Positions 25,651 through 39,596 of a DNA stretch of 64,000 bases are shown here, piece by piece. Both the position numbers and the translations under genes were made by a program. The stretch's first letter is position 1; the number at the start of each line of letters is the position of its first letter. Below the pieces are notes generated by a model. It did no database searches. It was not told where the DNA came from and saw nothing but the letters and a program-made list of their open reading frames with translations. This DNA is from Malacoraja senta (taxonomy: Eukaryota): positions 7,194,001 through 7,258,000 of the forward strand of contig CM075993.1 in the NCBI GenBank assembly GCA_038087875.1, read 5' to 3'.

Positions 25651-27109
25651 AGAATTGGAAAAGAAGAGATTAGTTTAATTTGACATCATGCTTGAACAGA
25701 CCCTCCGGGCCAGACGGTCTGTTCCTGTGCTGTATTGTGGTATGTTGACGATGATCATGTTCGCCTCTTTACTTCTGGCCCCTTCATCACATATTCCTTG
25801 ATTTGCTTCATACTTAAAACCCTATTAATCTCTTTATTGAACATAATTTAATGGGTGGTGCAGCGGTAGAGCAGCTGCCTTCCAGCACAAGAGACCCAAG
25901 ATTGATCCTGACCACGGGTGCTTTGTGTAAGGAGTTTGCATGCTCCCCCCGTGACCGCGTGCTCCAGTTTCCACTCACACTCCAAAGACGTACATACAGG
26001 TTTGTCCATTAATTGGCTTCGATTTTAAAATTTTGGAAATTGTCCCTAGTGTGTAGGATAGGACTAGTGTGCAGGGATCACTGGCTGGCGCAGACTTGGT
26101 GGGCTGAAGGGCCTGTTTCTGTGCTGTATCTCTACACTAAACTAAACAAAATAATCAGCCACGGCCCTCTATGGTTCAATATGAGGGAGTTACTCCATCA
26201 GTTTGTGTCTTTTTTTGTGGGCAAATGGGACTAGCTTAAATGGGGCATCTTGATCATCATGGATGAGTTGGGCCGAAGGGCCTGTTTCATGCTGCATGAC
26301 TATGACTCTAGGGCAATGGTAAGTTAGGCAGAACCACCAGTTCTGAAGGACAATAGATGTATTTTACCACAATTCAGGTATTTCATGGTGCCTATAACTA
26401 AGAAAAAACTAGATTATTAAATTACCTGGAAAGAGCTACTAGAGGAAGCTATAGCAGTGGATACATCTGCGACTTTCAAAAGACATTGGACCGATATATG
26501 GATAGGAAAGGTTGTAAGGGATGTCGACCAAATGCAAGCAAATGGGTCCAGCATGAACTATCATCATGGTTGGCATGGACAAGTTGGGCCGAATGGCCTG
26601 TTTCTGTGCTGTATAACTTTACAACTCAATTCATTTACATTCCCCACTTGCATGCTGGTATTTGATTTGATAATTTCAAATACCTGGTGGGAGACCGCTT
26701 TTCGGAGCTCCCGCAAAGGCAACTTCTCCCGCCGAATCGCGGGTTAAAAACGACCCGGAGCGGGGCCTTACATCGCCCGGCACGGGCCTTAACGGCCGCG
26801 GGACTTACCATCGCCCGGCGGCGGCTTTAACATCGGGAGAAGAATAAAGAACAGGTTGAGAGACAAAACTTTGCCTTCCATCACAGTGAGGTGTATGGAG
26901 ATTCTGTGATTGATGTTTATGTAAATTGTGTTAATTGTGTGTCTTGGTTCTTTTCTTGTTTGTATGACTGCAGAAACGTAATTTCGTTTGAACTTAGGTT
27001 CAAATGACAATAACGTTATTCTATTCTAATCTATTCTATTCTTTTCAAATCTATTCTATTGAGCAGAGTTTGATACACCTTCTGCTCTGGGCAGCTTCTC
27101 CCTTGTCCC

Positions 27110-27441
27110 AGAGGAGCCGCCAGCAGCAACGCGGCCGCTGTCCAGCGGGGGGCGCAGCTGCGCACCATCCCCTTTAATGGGCCGACGGTAATTGAGGGTG
27201 CGGCGCTGCTCCTTTAATGGGCCGTAGGCCTCGGGCTAGATTTTCGGTCGCCCCGGCTCCCAGGTTCCCCCCCGGCCGGCAAAAGCCAGCCATGCCGCTG
27301 GTGCTGCTGTGCGGGCTGCCGTGCAGCGGGAAGAGCCGCAGGGCGGCGGAGCTGGGCCGCTACTTGCGGGAGGAGGAGGGCAAGAAGGTGGTGGAGGTGG
27401 CGGAGCGGAGCCTGCGATGGAGCGCAACCTGGTGTATGCGG
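27110..27441 (+). promoter_or_regulatory. CpG-island-like promoter and first exon of KTI12
   Basis: GC- and CpG-dense unique sequence around the ATG, with a CTCF-like CCAGCGGGGGGCGC at about 27142-27155. Confidence 0.55.
27292..27441 (+). CDS. KTI12: KTI12 exon 1 (apparent 1-nt deletion near 27400-27417)
   Basis: gccATGCCGCTG; Walker A GLPCSGKS; the homologous end MERNLVYA(D)|gtgagg is in a shifted frame. Confidence 0.88.
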
Positions 27442-30400
27442 GTGAGGGGGGGGGGGAGGTAGTGTGGGGGAGGGGGCAATGTGGGGGAGGTGGGGCAATG
27501 TGGGGGAGGGGGGGGTGGGGGTAATGTGGGGGAGGGGCAATGAGGGGGTAATGTGGGGGGAGGGGGAGAATGAGGTGGGGGTAATGAGGGGGTAATGAGG
27601 GGGAGGGGAGAATGAGGGGGAGGGGGAGAATGAGGGGGAGGGGCAATGAGGGGGTAATGAGGGGTAATGAGGGGGAGGGGGAGGGGGCAATGAGGGGGAG
27701 GGGGCAATGAGGGGGTAATGAGGGGGAGGGGGAGAATGAGGGGGAGGGGGGTAATGAGGGGGTAATGAGGGGGAGGGGGAGAATGAGGGGGAGGGGGCAA
27801 TGAGGTGGAGGGGCAATGAAGGGGGGAGGGGGAGAATGAGGGGGCAATGAGGGGGAGGGGGCAATGTGGGGGAGGGGGCAATGAGGGGGTAATGAGGGGG
27901 AGGGGGAGAATGAGGGGGAGGGGGCAATGAGGGGGTAATGAGGGGGAGGGGGAGAATGAGGGGGAGGGGGCAATGAGGGGGCAATGAGGGGGTAATGAGG
28001 GGAGGGGGAGAATGAGGGGGAGGGGGCAATGAGGTGGAGGGGGCAATGAGGGGGTAATGAGGGGGAGGGGGAGAATGAGGGGGAGGGGGCAATGAGGGGG
28101 TAATGAGGGGAGGGGGAGAATGAGGGGGAGGGGGCAATGAGGGGGTAATGAGGGGGAGGGGGAGAATGAGGGGGAGGGGGCAATGAGGTGGAGGGGCAAT
28201 GAGGGGGTAATGAGGGGGAGGGGGAGAATGAGGGGGAGGGGGCAATGAGGGGGAGGGGGCAATGAGGGGGTAATGAGGGGGGAGGGGGAGAATGAGGGGG
28301 AGGGGGTAATGAGGGGGTAATGAGGGGGAGGGGAGAATGAGGGGGAGGGGGCAATGAGGTGGAGGGGCAATGAAGGGGGGAGGGGGAGAATGAGGGGGCA
28401 ATGAGGGGGAGGGGGCAATGTGGGGGAGGGGGCAATGAGGGGGTAATGAGGGGGAGGGGGAGAATGAGGGGGAGGGGGCAATGAGGGGGAGGGGGCAATG
28501 AGGGGGTAATGAGGGGGAGGGGAGAATGAGGGGGAGGGGGCAATGAGGGGGTAATGAGGGGGAGGGGGAGAATGAGGGGGAGGGGGCAATGAGGTGGAGG
28601 GGCAATGAAGGGGGGAGGGGGTAATGAGGGGGCAATGTGGGGGAGGGGGCAATGAAGGGGCAATGAGGTGGAGGGAGCAATGAGGTGGAGGGGACAATGA
28701 GGGGGAGGGGGCAATGAGGGGGCAATGAGGGGGAGGGGGCAATGTGGGGGAGGGGGCAATGAGGGGGTAATGAGGGGGAGGGGGAGAATGAGGGGGAGGG
28801 GGCAATGAGGGGGTAATGAGGGGGAGAATGAGGGGGAGGGGGAGAATGAGGGGGAGGGGGCAATGAGGTGGAGGGGCAATGAAGGGGGGAGGGGGTAATG
28901 AGGGGGCAATGTGGGGGAGGGGGCAATGAAGGGGCAATGAGGTGGAGGGAGCAATGAGGTGGAGGGGACAATGAGGGGGAGGGGGCAATGAGGGGGGGGT
29001 CAATGAGGGGGAGGGGGTCAATGAGGGGGAGGGGGTCAATGAAGGGGGGAGGGGGCAATGAGGTGGAGGGGGCAATGAAGGGGGAGGGGGACAATGAGGT
29101 GGAGGGGGCAATGAGGGGGGGGTCAATGAGGGGGAGGGGGTCAATGAGGGGGAGGGGGCAAATGAAGGGGGGAGGGGGCAATGAGGTGGAGGGGGCAATG
29201 AGGGGAGGGGGGCAATGAGGTGGAGGGGGCAATGAAGGGGGGAAGGAGGGAGGGAGGGAGAGTAGAGAGGGGATATGGAGAGGGCATGGTGTGGGGAGTG
29301 GGGGGTAATGGAGGGGGTACGGTGGGGTCAAAGAGGGACCCTCTCATTTCATTGGACGCAGAAAAAAGCGTTTGATCAAGTAGAATGGTATATGTTTAAA
29401 GTATTGCAAAAATTCCAATTGGGAGAGAACTTCATTGCATGGATAAAACTATTATATAACAAACCTACGGCTAGAATACTAACTAATAATATATTATCCT
29501 CGAAATTTGAACTATCAAGGGGCAATAGACAAGGATGTTCATTATCACCGCTGTTATTTGCTTTAGTAATTGAACCCCTTGCTGAAAAAATAAGAACACA
29601 CGTGGATATTTACGGTTATAATACAAAATATTCAAATAACAAAATATCCTTATATGCCGATGCCGATGACGTACTATTGTACATCACAAAACCACAAATT
29701 AGTATACCAAATATATTAAATTTAATTGAGGACTTTGGATCCTTTTCAGGATATAGAATAAACTGGAACAAAAGTGAAATTATGTCGATAAAACCAAAAG
29801 ACCATACCTCAGGAAATTCCCCTATAAAATAGCTATAGAAAAATTCAAATATTTGGGAATTGAAATACTAGAAATTACCAGGATATGTTTAAAGCCAATT
29901 ATAATCCCTTACTTAAGAAATTAAATAATATTAAATTCTGGAAAACACTTCCGATGTCCTTAATAGGCAGAATAAATGTTATAAAAATGATTTTCTTACC
30001 ACAAATCCTATACCTATTTCAATCAATACCTATATATCTCCCAAAAAAGTTTTTCAAAAAATTGGACTCAGACATTACAAATTTTATATGGGATTATAAA
30101 TCCCATAGAATACAAAGAGCACACCTTAATAAACGAAAAGAGTTGGGGGGTCTCGCGCTCCCTAACTTTATGTATTATAAATGGGCAGTAAATATTAAAA
30201 ATATGATTCACCTGCTGGACAATTCTGCCCAGCAGGTGGACTGGATTATAATGGAAAAAGAGGACTGTTCCCCGAGTAATATAGGAGCGATTATTCTCTC
30301 TCCAATAAATTTGAATAATAAAAATTATAATAAAAACCCAATTATAAATAGCACAATTAGAACATGGAAACAAATAAAACAGAATCTAAAATTAAGAAAC

Positions 30401-33400
30401 CTATCTCTCTCAATACCAATAGTTAATAACCCATCGTTTAAACCTTCAACCATAGACAAATCATTTATACAATGGGAAAGAATGGGAATCAAAACGCTCG
30501 AAGATCTGTATGAATTGGGAAAATTACTATCATTTCAACAACTACAACTGAAATATAATCTGAAAAATAATCAATATTTTAAATATCTACAAATGCGTGA
30601 TTACCTGAAAAAAAATACACAAAAGACTATCATAATATGCCTTCCGACTTACTAGATGAAGCAATGAAGACAAAGGTGGAATCAGCTAATCTAATATCGT
30701 ACTTATATAATATCATTTTAAACATAGAAATACCCACAACAGAAGGAATTAGAAGAGACTGGGAACAAGAATTAGCTATAAACATTTCAAAAGAGAGCTG
30801 GGATAACCACTTACTACAGGTGCATAAATGTTCGATCAACGTACAACATACGCTCATCCAATTCAAAACATTACATAGACTATATTATTCAAAAACTAAA
30901 TTAAATAAAATCTTTCCCAATGTTTCACCAATCTGTGATAAATGTCTATCTCAAGAAGCTACCATAGCGCATTCTTTTGTTTTTTGTACAAAAATCCAAA
31001 ATTTTTGGTATGAAATATTTGATATTTTCTCAAAATTAATTAAAATAAAACTGGTACCAAAACCAGAATGGATCATTTTTTGAATATCGGAAGGTATCCC
31101 TGAATTAAACGTGTATCAGAAGAACTTATTCAATTACGGGCTAATAATGGGGAAAAAGGCTCATACTTAAATTCTGGAAAAATGCGCCCACACCAACAAT
31201 AAAAATGTGGACATCAAATATGTTGGAAACATTACATCTGGAAGAGATGAGATTCCTCTTATCAGGGAAAGCAGACCAATTCCAAAAGACGTGGTCTACG
31301 TTTTTGCGGGTAAGAGTGGGAGGGGAGGGGATAGTAGGGAGGGGAGAGATGGGGGTAGAGTAAAAGGTCTGTCTCACTGTGCGAGTTGACCCACGAGTGA
31401 CCCCGAGTGAAAGACTCGTGGTTGCGTACGAGACTACAAGTTTATGATCCAGAGTTTAACCGAGTTCCCACGGGTATGTCTAAGTTTCCCGTTTACTTCT
31501 CATTTCTGCGATGTTCCAAGTTCGTCTCCCGAGTGTACCAAGTTCCTCTCCCGTTAATCTTGAGGCAACAATGTATATCGAAGTGTTGAAAAATCATCAC
31601 ATGTTAAAAAAATTATGTCATGCCAGCCAAAGAACGTAGAGACTATTGTGTTTGCTGCATGTGTTCTGCACAACCTGATCCGTATCAGAGGTGCAGCTTC
31701 AGGATCATCAACAGCCATGCAGGACGGTGACTTAGTGGACAGTCAAACAGGGAGAATAACACTAGGTGCGTGGAGGAGTGGTACAAATGACGAGACTTTG
31801 GTGCCACTGCAGTGTTTTCGAGGTAACACGGGGACCAACAGTGCAAAAGAGCAGAGAGATCATCTCTGCTCCTACTATAATTCAGAATTGGGCAGTGTGC
31901 CGTGGCAGGACAGCTTATTTTGAGCGGCTGCCGACCACAGGTACATCACTGCATGAGGAGAGCCCACATGCAGAAAAATCCAGTTAATTTCATGTTTAGT
32001 TTAAATCCTGCTGACTTTTCTTTGTTTAACTTTAAGTGTGGATTTTATTTTTTATTGTGGTGTAAAAGTAATTTCATTGCATCTGTCTTTCCTTTAAAAC
32101 GTGGTTATCATGCATCTGCTTATCTGATTGTAGATCTCAAAACTTGTCATTTGGCGCATTGCATTGTATCTTTTATTGCCTGAATTTAGACTTGTGCATT
32201 TCTCAGCTGAATTAGTATATAGTGGAAATACTTTTATTTGTGCTTCATTTGTTGATTTTCATGTATGAGAAGCCCTTTTTCAGACCACTGTGTTGTTTGC
32301 TGTGGTGCTCCTTTTCTCAATATGTGCAAAAAAGTGTTTTTTATATTGAACAAGATGAATAAAGACTTTGTTTCACATTCACCGTGCGGTTTGTCTTATT
32401 TTCTGATCTACTGAGAGGGGACAATTTTAAACATTTAAAAAGCACAGCGTATGAGGCAGCTGAGTCCTTAAATCTCACAAATGATTGTGAGAATCAAGAT
32501 GAATATATTTTGCCTTCCTCTATTTTGTGTTTTATGATGAAAGGAAAATTACATTCAATTCATGAGACTTTGTAGTGATATTAAAATGAAGACTTCCAGA
32601 CATCAATTTGATCTTGATAGCAAAGAACTCTCTTTTATTGTGCAATGAAGTAAACAAACAGTGAGAATCAAACGGATCAGCAAAAAGCTTTTCAACACAA
32701 CACAACACAACACAAATTTATATATAAACTTCAAGCAATTTTTTTCTTATCAACCCACTCTGTCACCTTATCAATAACTTGTTTAACTTTGTTAAGCAGA
32801 ATTTGTCTTTAAAAAGTCTAAGTAACTGATATTTCTGTCCCTGATTATTGTTTCTAAAAAGAGTTCCCACGGTAGACTCACGAGTCACAAAGTTAAACGC
32901 ACGGGCCACTACGTTCTTACAACGAGTTTAAAATGTTTCAAATTTTAACCTCAAGAGTACATTTTACTCGTGGAAAAGTTCAAACATGTTTGAACTTTTG
33001 CAAGAGTTAACAAGTTTCACGTGTACCTCCCGTTAGCGCCACGAGTCGCTAAGTTGCGTCCACGAGTTCCGACGTTCCCGCTACGTTAATTGTACGTGAT
33101 TACCACGAGTTAAATTTGTTTTAAACTCGGGGTCACTCGTGGGTCAACTCGCACAGTGAAGACAGCCCTTTAATGAAGGGGGGAGGAGGGAGGTAGAGTA
33201 GAGATGAAGAGGGGTGAGGGGAGGGGAGTAGGAGAGGGCAGAGGTAGTGTGGAGAGTGGGGGGAAAGAGGGGAGAGGAAAGGATGGGGATGGTGGAAGGG
33301 AGGGGATAATGTAGGTGGGGGTTGTTGGTGAAAGACATGTGCGTTTCTAGGTTAATTGACCCTCTGTAAATTGCCCCCTTATGTAGGAGTGGAAGAGAAA

Positions 33401-36400
33401 CTAATAACATTGAACAAGTGGGTAGAAAGGAACTAATTCGACTCGTATCACTTATGACCTCACGACCTAACTGCAGATGCTGGTTTATACCGATGATGGA
33501 CACAAAGTGCTGGAGTAACTGAGTGGGTCAGTCTGCATCTCTGGAGAAAAATGATGGGTTATGTTTTGGGTTGGAAAGAGCCTGAAGAAGGGTCCCGACC
33601 CGAAACGTGGTCGGGACACATCCTTTTTTTTCCAGCGAAGCTGCCTGACCCGCTGAGTTACTCCAGCACTTTCTGTCCATCATCGGTATAAACCAGCATC
33701 TGCAGTTAGGTCATAAGTGATAGGAGTAGAATTAGTTCCTTTCTCGAGAAGAAGTGGGAATGGCTGACTGATGGGCCAAAGGGCCTGTTTCCACGTTGTA
33801 TCTAAAACTAAAACAGTATATAACTAATCTTTAACCAGTGGTCTCTTTTTGTATTGTAGATTCTGGCAAGGAGAAAGAGCTCCGGGGAGTATTGAAAGCT
33901 GAAGTTGAAAGGTAGAGTAAGGATATTGATATAGTATGGGGTTTAAATTATAGCGCTTTTTGTAACTCATTAAACTATTCATGCTTTTAACTGTCGTGCA
34001 ACTGGTTGCTTGCCCAGTATCTACCCTTGGATTCACCGCACACTACCCACGCAAGGGAGTGAAGACTCTTTTTACCTTCTGCCTTGTACACTCCCATGCT
34101 TGTATCCTCTACCATTAATATTTCTTCTGTCTCCTATCTGTGCATTGCTTGGCATGCAATCGCTCCAACTCTGTAGAAATTGGCTCTTTCTAATATTGGC
34201 ATTTCTTACACAATCACTGTTAAAGTACGTCCTAAAACTCTAAAAGCCCTGTCCCACGGTACGAGTTCATTCCAAGAGCTCTCCCGAGTTTTAAAAAAAT
34301 CAAACTCGTGGTAAGCACGGAGAATGAACGTAGCGGGTACGTCGGAGCTCTTAGCGGCTGGCACCGCTAACGGCAGGTACTCGGGAAGACTCGCTAACGG
34401 CAGGTAAGCAAGGGAAGACCCGTGAAGATTTTTCAATGTGTTGAAAAATGTCCACGAGAGCCCCGAGTACCGACAAGCGGCCATTACCATAAATCTCCGA
34501 GTTCGAATCAGGGCAAACTCGGGAGAGCTCTTGGAATGAACTCGTACCGTGGGACAGGGCTATTAGGCTACAGAGAATTGTTAATTGTGCTTTGGGTGCA
34601 GCATAGACCAGTGACTTATAGTACAACTTTATAAAATATTGTAACAAAAAGGAACTGCAGATGCTGGTTTATACCAAAGATAGACTCAAAATGCTGGAAT
34701 AACTCGGCAGCATCTCTGGGGAAAATGGATAAATCACGTTTCGGGTCGGAAACCTTCTTCAGATCCCCACCCAAAACGTCACCTGTCCATTTTCTCCAGA
34801 GATGCTGCCTGACCTACTGAGTTACTCCAGCATTTTGTATCTATCTTTATAAAATATTGGTTTGACCATAAAAGGAATCGGAGAGCTGGAGTAACTCAGC
34901 AGATCAGGCAGCATCTCTGGAGAACATGGATAGGTGACGTTTATGCTGCCTGTCCTGCTGAGTAACTCCAGCACTTTGTGTCCTTTTGTATATTAACCAG
35001 CATCTGCAACTCCCTGTTTCTACATTGGTTAGACATAGCGGAATACTTTGTGCAGTGCTAATCGCTCCACTATAGAAAGGACGTTGCTTCACCGGAGAGG
35101 ATGCAGATGAAATTTACAGGGATGTTACTTGGGATGAAGTGTTCTGGTTACAAGGCGAATTTGGATGGACTGGGTTTGTTTTGTGGACAAGGCTGGGAGC
35201 TGGGGCTGGGAGAAACCTACCTGAGGTATACAAAAGGTAGACAGTACAAAACCTTTTCCCACAGTGGAGTTGACTGCAACTAAGAGCATAGCAGTAAATT
35301 TAGAAGGGGTAGAGAGAAGAATTATTTTATCCAGAAGGTGGTTGGAGTCCGGAAGGGTAATGTCCGTGGGGATGGAAAGCAGAGACTGCAACATTTTAGT
35401 AGCTACATGAACACTTGTATCCCCAAAGCTAGGGCGGCACAGTGGCGCAGCGGTAGAGCTGCTGCCTCACAGCACCAGAGACCCAGGTTCAATCCTGACC
35501 TCGGGTGCTGTCTGTACAGAGTTTGTACATTCTCTCTATGACTCTGTGGGTTTTCTCCGGGTGCTCCAGTTTCCTCCCACATTCCAAAGACGTGCAGGGA
35601 TGCAGGTGAATCGGCTTCTGTAGATTGTCCCCAATGTGGAGGATAGAACTAGTGTACGGTTGATCATTGGTCGGCGTGGGCCAAAGGGCCTGTTTCCATG
35701 CTGTATCTCTAAAACCCAAAACTAAACCTACATCTCCCAAAATTGCACTACATTCAGTTCTTCCATTTAAAAACTAATTGGCGGAGCAACAGATAGGTGG
35801 TTATAAGTTAATGACCCCAGTCAAAATATACAGTGGCTTGCAAAAGTTTTCATACCCCTTGAACTTTTCCACATTGTGTCACGTTACAACCACAAATGTA
35901 AATGTATTTTATTGGGATTTTATGTGATAGACCAACACAAAGTGGTGCATAATTGTGAAGTGGAAGGAAAACGATACATGGTTTTCAAATTTTTTTACAA
36001 ATAAAAAACTGAAAAGTGTCGCGTGCAAAAGTATTCAGCCCCCCTGAGTCAATACTTTGTAGAACCACCTTTCGCTGCAATTACAGTTAAGTCTTTTGGG
36101 GTATGTCTCTACCAGCTTTGCACATCTAGAGACTGAAATTTTTGCCCATTCTTCTTTGCAAGATAGCTCGAGCACAGTCGGATTGGATGGAGAGCATCTG
36201 TGAACAGCAATTTTCAAGTCTTGCCAGAGATTCTCAATTGGATTTAGGTCTGGACTTTGACTGGGCCATTCTAACACATGAATATGCTTTGATCTAAACC
36301 ATTCCATTGTAGCTCTGGCTGTATGTTTAGGGTCGTTGTCCTGCTGGAAGGTGAACCTCCGCCCCAGTCTCAAGTCTTTTGCAGACTCTAACAGGTTTTC

Positions 36401-39360
36401 TTCCAAGATTGCCCTGTATTTGGCTCCATCCATCTTCCCATCAACTCTGACCAGCTTCCCTGTCCCTGCTGAAGAAAAGCATCCCCACAGCATGATGCTG
36501 CCACCACCAGGTTTCACAGTGGGGATGGTGTGTTCAGGGTGATGTGCAGTGTTAGGTTTCCGCCACACATAGCGTTTTGCATTTAGGCCAAAAACTTCCA
36601 TTTTGGTCTCATCTGACCAGAGCACCTTCCTCCACATGTTTGCTGTGTCCCCCACATGGCTTGTGGCAAACTGCAAACGGGACTTCTTATGGCTTTTTTT
36701 CAACAATGGCTTTCTTCTTGCCACTCTTCCATAAAGGCCCGATTTGTGGAGTGCACGACTAATAGTTGTCCTGTGGACAGATTCTCCCACCTGAGCTGTG
36801 GATCTCTGCAGCTCCTCCAGAGTTACCATGGGCCTCTTGGCTGCTTCTCTGATCAATGCTCTCCTTGCCCGGCCTGTCAGTTTAGGTGGACGGCCATGTC
36901 TTGGTAGGTTTGCAGTTGTGCCATATTCTTTACATTTTCAGATGATGGATTGAACAGTGCTCCGTGAGATGTTCAAAGCTTGGGATATTTGTTTATAACC
37001 TAACCCTGCTTTAAACGTCTCCACAACTTTATCCCTGACCTGTCTGGTGTGTTCCTTGGCCTTCATGATGCTGTTTGTTCGCTAATGTTCTCTAACAAAC
37101 CTCTGAGGCCGTCACAGAACAGCTGTATTTATACTGAGATTAGATTACACACAAGTGGACTCTATTTACTAATTAGGTGACTTCTGATGGCAATTGGTTG
37201 CACTGGATTATATTTAGGGGTATCAGAGTAAAGGGGGCTGAATACTTTTGCACGCGACACTTTTCAGTTTTTTATTTGTAAAAAAATTTGAAAACCATGT
37301 ATCATTTTCCTTCCACTTCACAATTATGCGCCGATTTGTGTTGGTCTATCACATAAAATCCCAATAAAATACATTTACATTTGTGGTTGTAACGTGACAA
37401 AATGTGGAAAAGTTCAAGGGGTATGAATACTTTTGCAAGCCACTGTATATAAGCAGCAATTGTTCGCCTGCCTTTACTCATTGTCAGAAATCATAATATA
37501 GAATCGATCAACTGCAGATGCTAGTTTACAAAGAAGAGCACAAAGTGCTGGAGTAACTCAGTGGGTCAGGCAGCATCTCTGGAGAATATAGATAGGTGAT
37601 GTATCGGGGTGAGACCCTTCTTCGGCAGAAATCAGGATCGTGACTGTAACCTATGGCACCGCCCTCTGCCTCAGAGGGCGGTGGAGGCAGGTTCTCTGGA
37701 TGCTTTCAAGAGAGAGCTAGATAGGGCTCTTAAAAATAGCGGAGTCAGGGGATATGGGGAGAAGGCAGGAACGGGGTACTGATTGGGCATGATCAGCCAT
37801 GATCACATTGAATGGTGGTGCTGGCTCAAAGGGCCGAATGGCCTACTCCTGCACCTATTGTCTATTGTCTATTGTTTACAGACCTAGTATGTATCAAAAG
37901 GTTGAGTAACATTGTGATTGATTCAGTGACTTAAACCTTTCTCTGTCTTTGTGGTCAGAACTGGCTCCTGTAACAACCTGTGAGCATTACCTCTGTCTGT
38001 GCCTGGTCACAGTACTCTGTCATTCTGACGTCCTGTACACATTTGAGGTGTGAAACATGTTGTTATTTTTGTCTTGTACTATCAGGCACAATGCAGCGGC
38101 ATCACAGATAGATAGATTTAACAGTTCTGTTTGTCTCGCAGAACTCTTTTTTTTTTGTAGAAACCAAGGGACTGCTGCAGATGCTGGTTTACAAAAAACA
38201 GCACAGAGTGTTGGTGTAACTCAGCGGGTCAGGCAGCATTTCTGGCGAACATGGATAAGTAACCGAAGAAGGGTCCTGACCTGAAATGTCATCAATCCAT
38301 GTTCTCCAGAGATGCAGCCTGACCCGCTGAGTTATTCCATCACTTTGTGTCCTTTGTCTATTTATTTTGTGTATGGTTGGATGGCAGCTTGTTTTTAGAT
38401 TCTATATATATATGCCAATTATTACATAATATTGCTTTTTTTTAATTTTATTTTTTTTAATAATATTTTTTATTGGAGATAAATACATATCATATTAAAA
38501 TCGTTACCAGTCTTTCATTTCTAAATTAATAGTATTGTTAAACATTATTTTATAATTATTACATAATATTGCTTTTGATTAACATTAAAAATATTGTACT
38601 TATCTGAGGCCATTAGGCCCTTCAAGCCAGCACCACCATTCAATATGATCATGGCTGATCATCCAAAATCAGTACCCTGTTTTTGCTTTCTCCCTGTATC
38701 CCTTGATTCCGTTAGCCCTAAGAGCTACAACTATTCCTCTGTCTGGCTGAATAACAATGCTGAGTTAAAAAGAGCCCGACAACAGTTAAATCCTTCTACC
38801 ATGAGTGCATGCCCATGCTGTGTTTTAAACTGTGATATCTCTTTATTTCCTAGAAAAATCAATAAAGAAGATGTTGTAATTATGGATTCTCTAAATTACA
38901 TCAAAGGTAGGGGGAGTGACAATTAAAATGATTCATTGATGTACGAATGCTTTTTATATTATTCTGAAAACCGTGATGTGTGAAGTGGGTTATTGGATAC
39001 TCCTATCTTCCTCTTTTTGAGTTTAGTTTCTTGTCACAGGGAAAAGCATTAGTTGCACGCTAACCTGTCAGCAGAAAGATGATACACGATTGCAAAGGCG
39101 CTATCCACAGTGTACAGATACATGATACAGGGAATGATGTTTGGTGAAGTAAGAGATGTTGGTGTCAGAGTAGAGATTTGAATGAGTGATTTCAGATCCA
39201 CTTCAGTGACACGCACACACGCACACACGCACGCACACACACACACACACAGACACACACACAGACACACGCACACACGCACACACGCACGCACACGCAC
39301 ACACACACAGACACACACACGCACACACGCACACACGCACACACATGCACACGCACACAG

Positions 39361-39394
<34 letters not shown>

Positions 39395-39411
39395 ACGCAC
39401 ACGCACACGCA

Positions 39412-39448
<37 letters not shown>

Positions 39449-39525
39449 ACAGACACACAGACAGACACACAGACACACAGACACACACACACACAGACAC
39501 ACACACACACAGACACACACACACA

Positions 39526-39596
<71 letters not shown>

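Noticed and set aside
27214..29331. Long Pro-rich ORFs (705, 612 and 572 aa) on the - strand
   Set aside because: They are translations of the G-rich minisatellite, open in several frames only because the repeat lacks stops on that strand.
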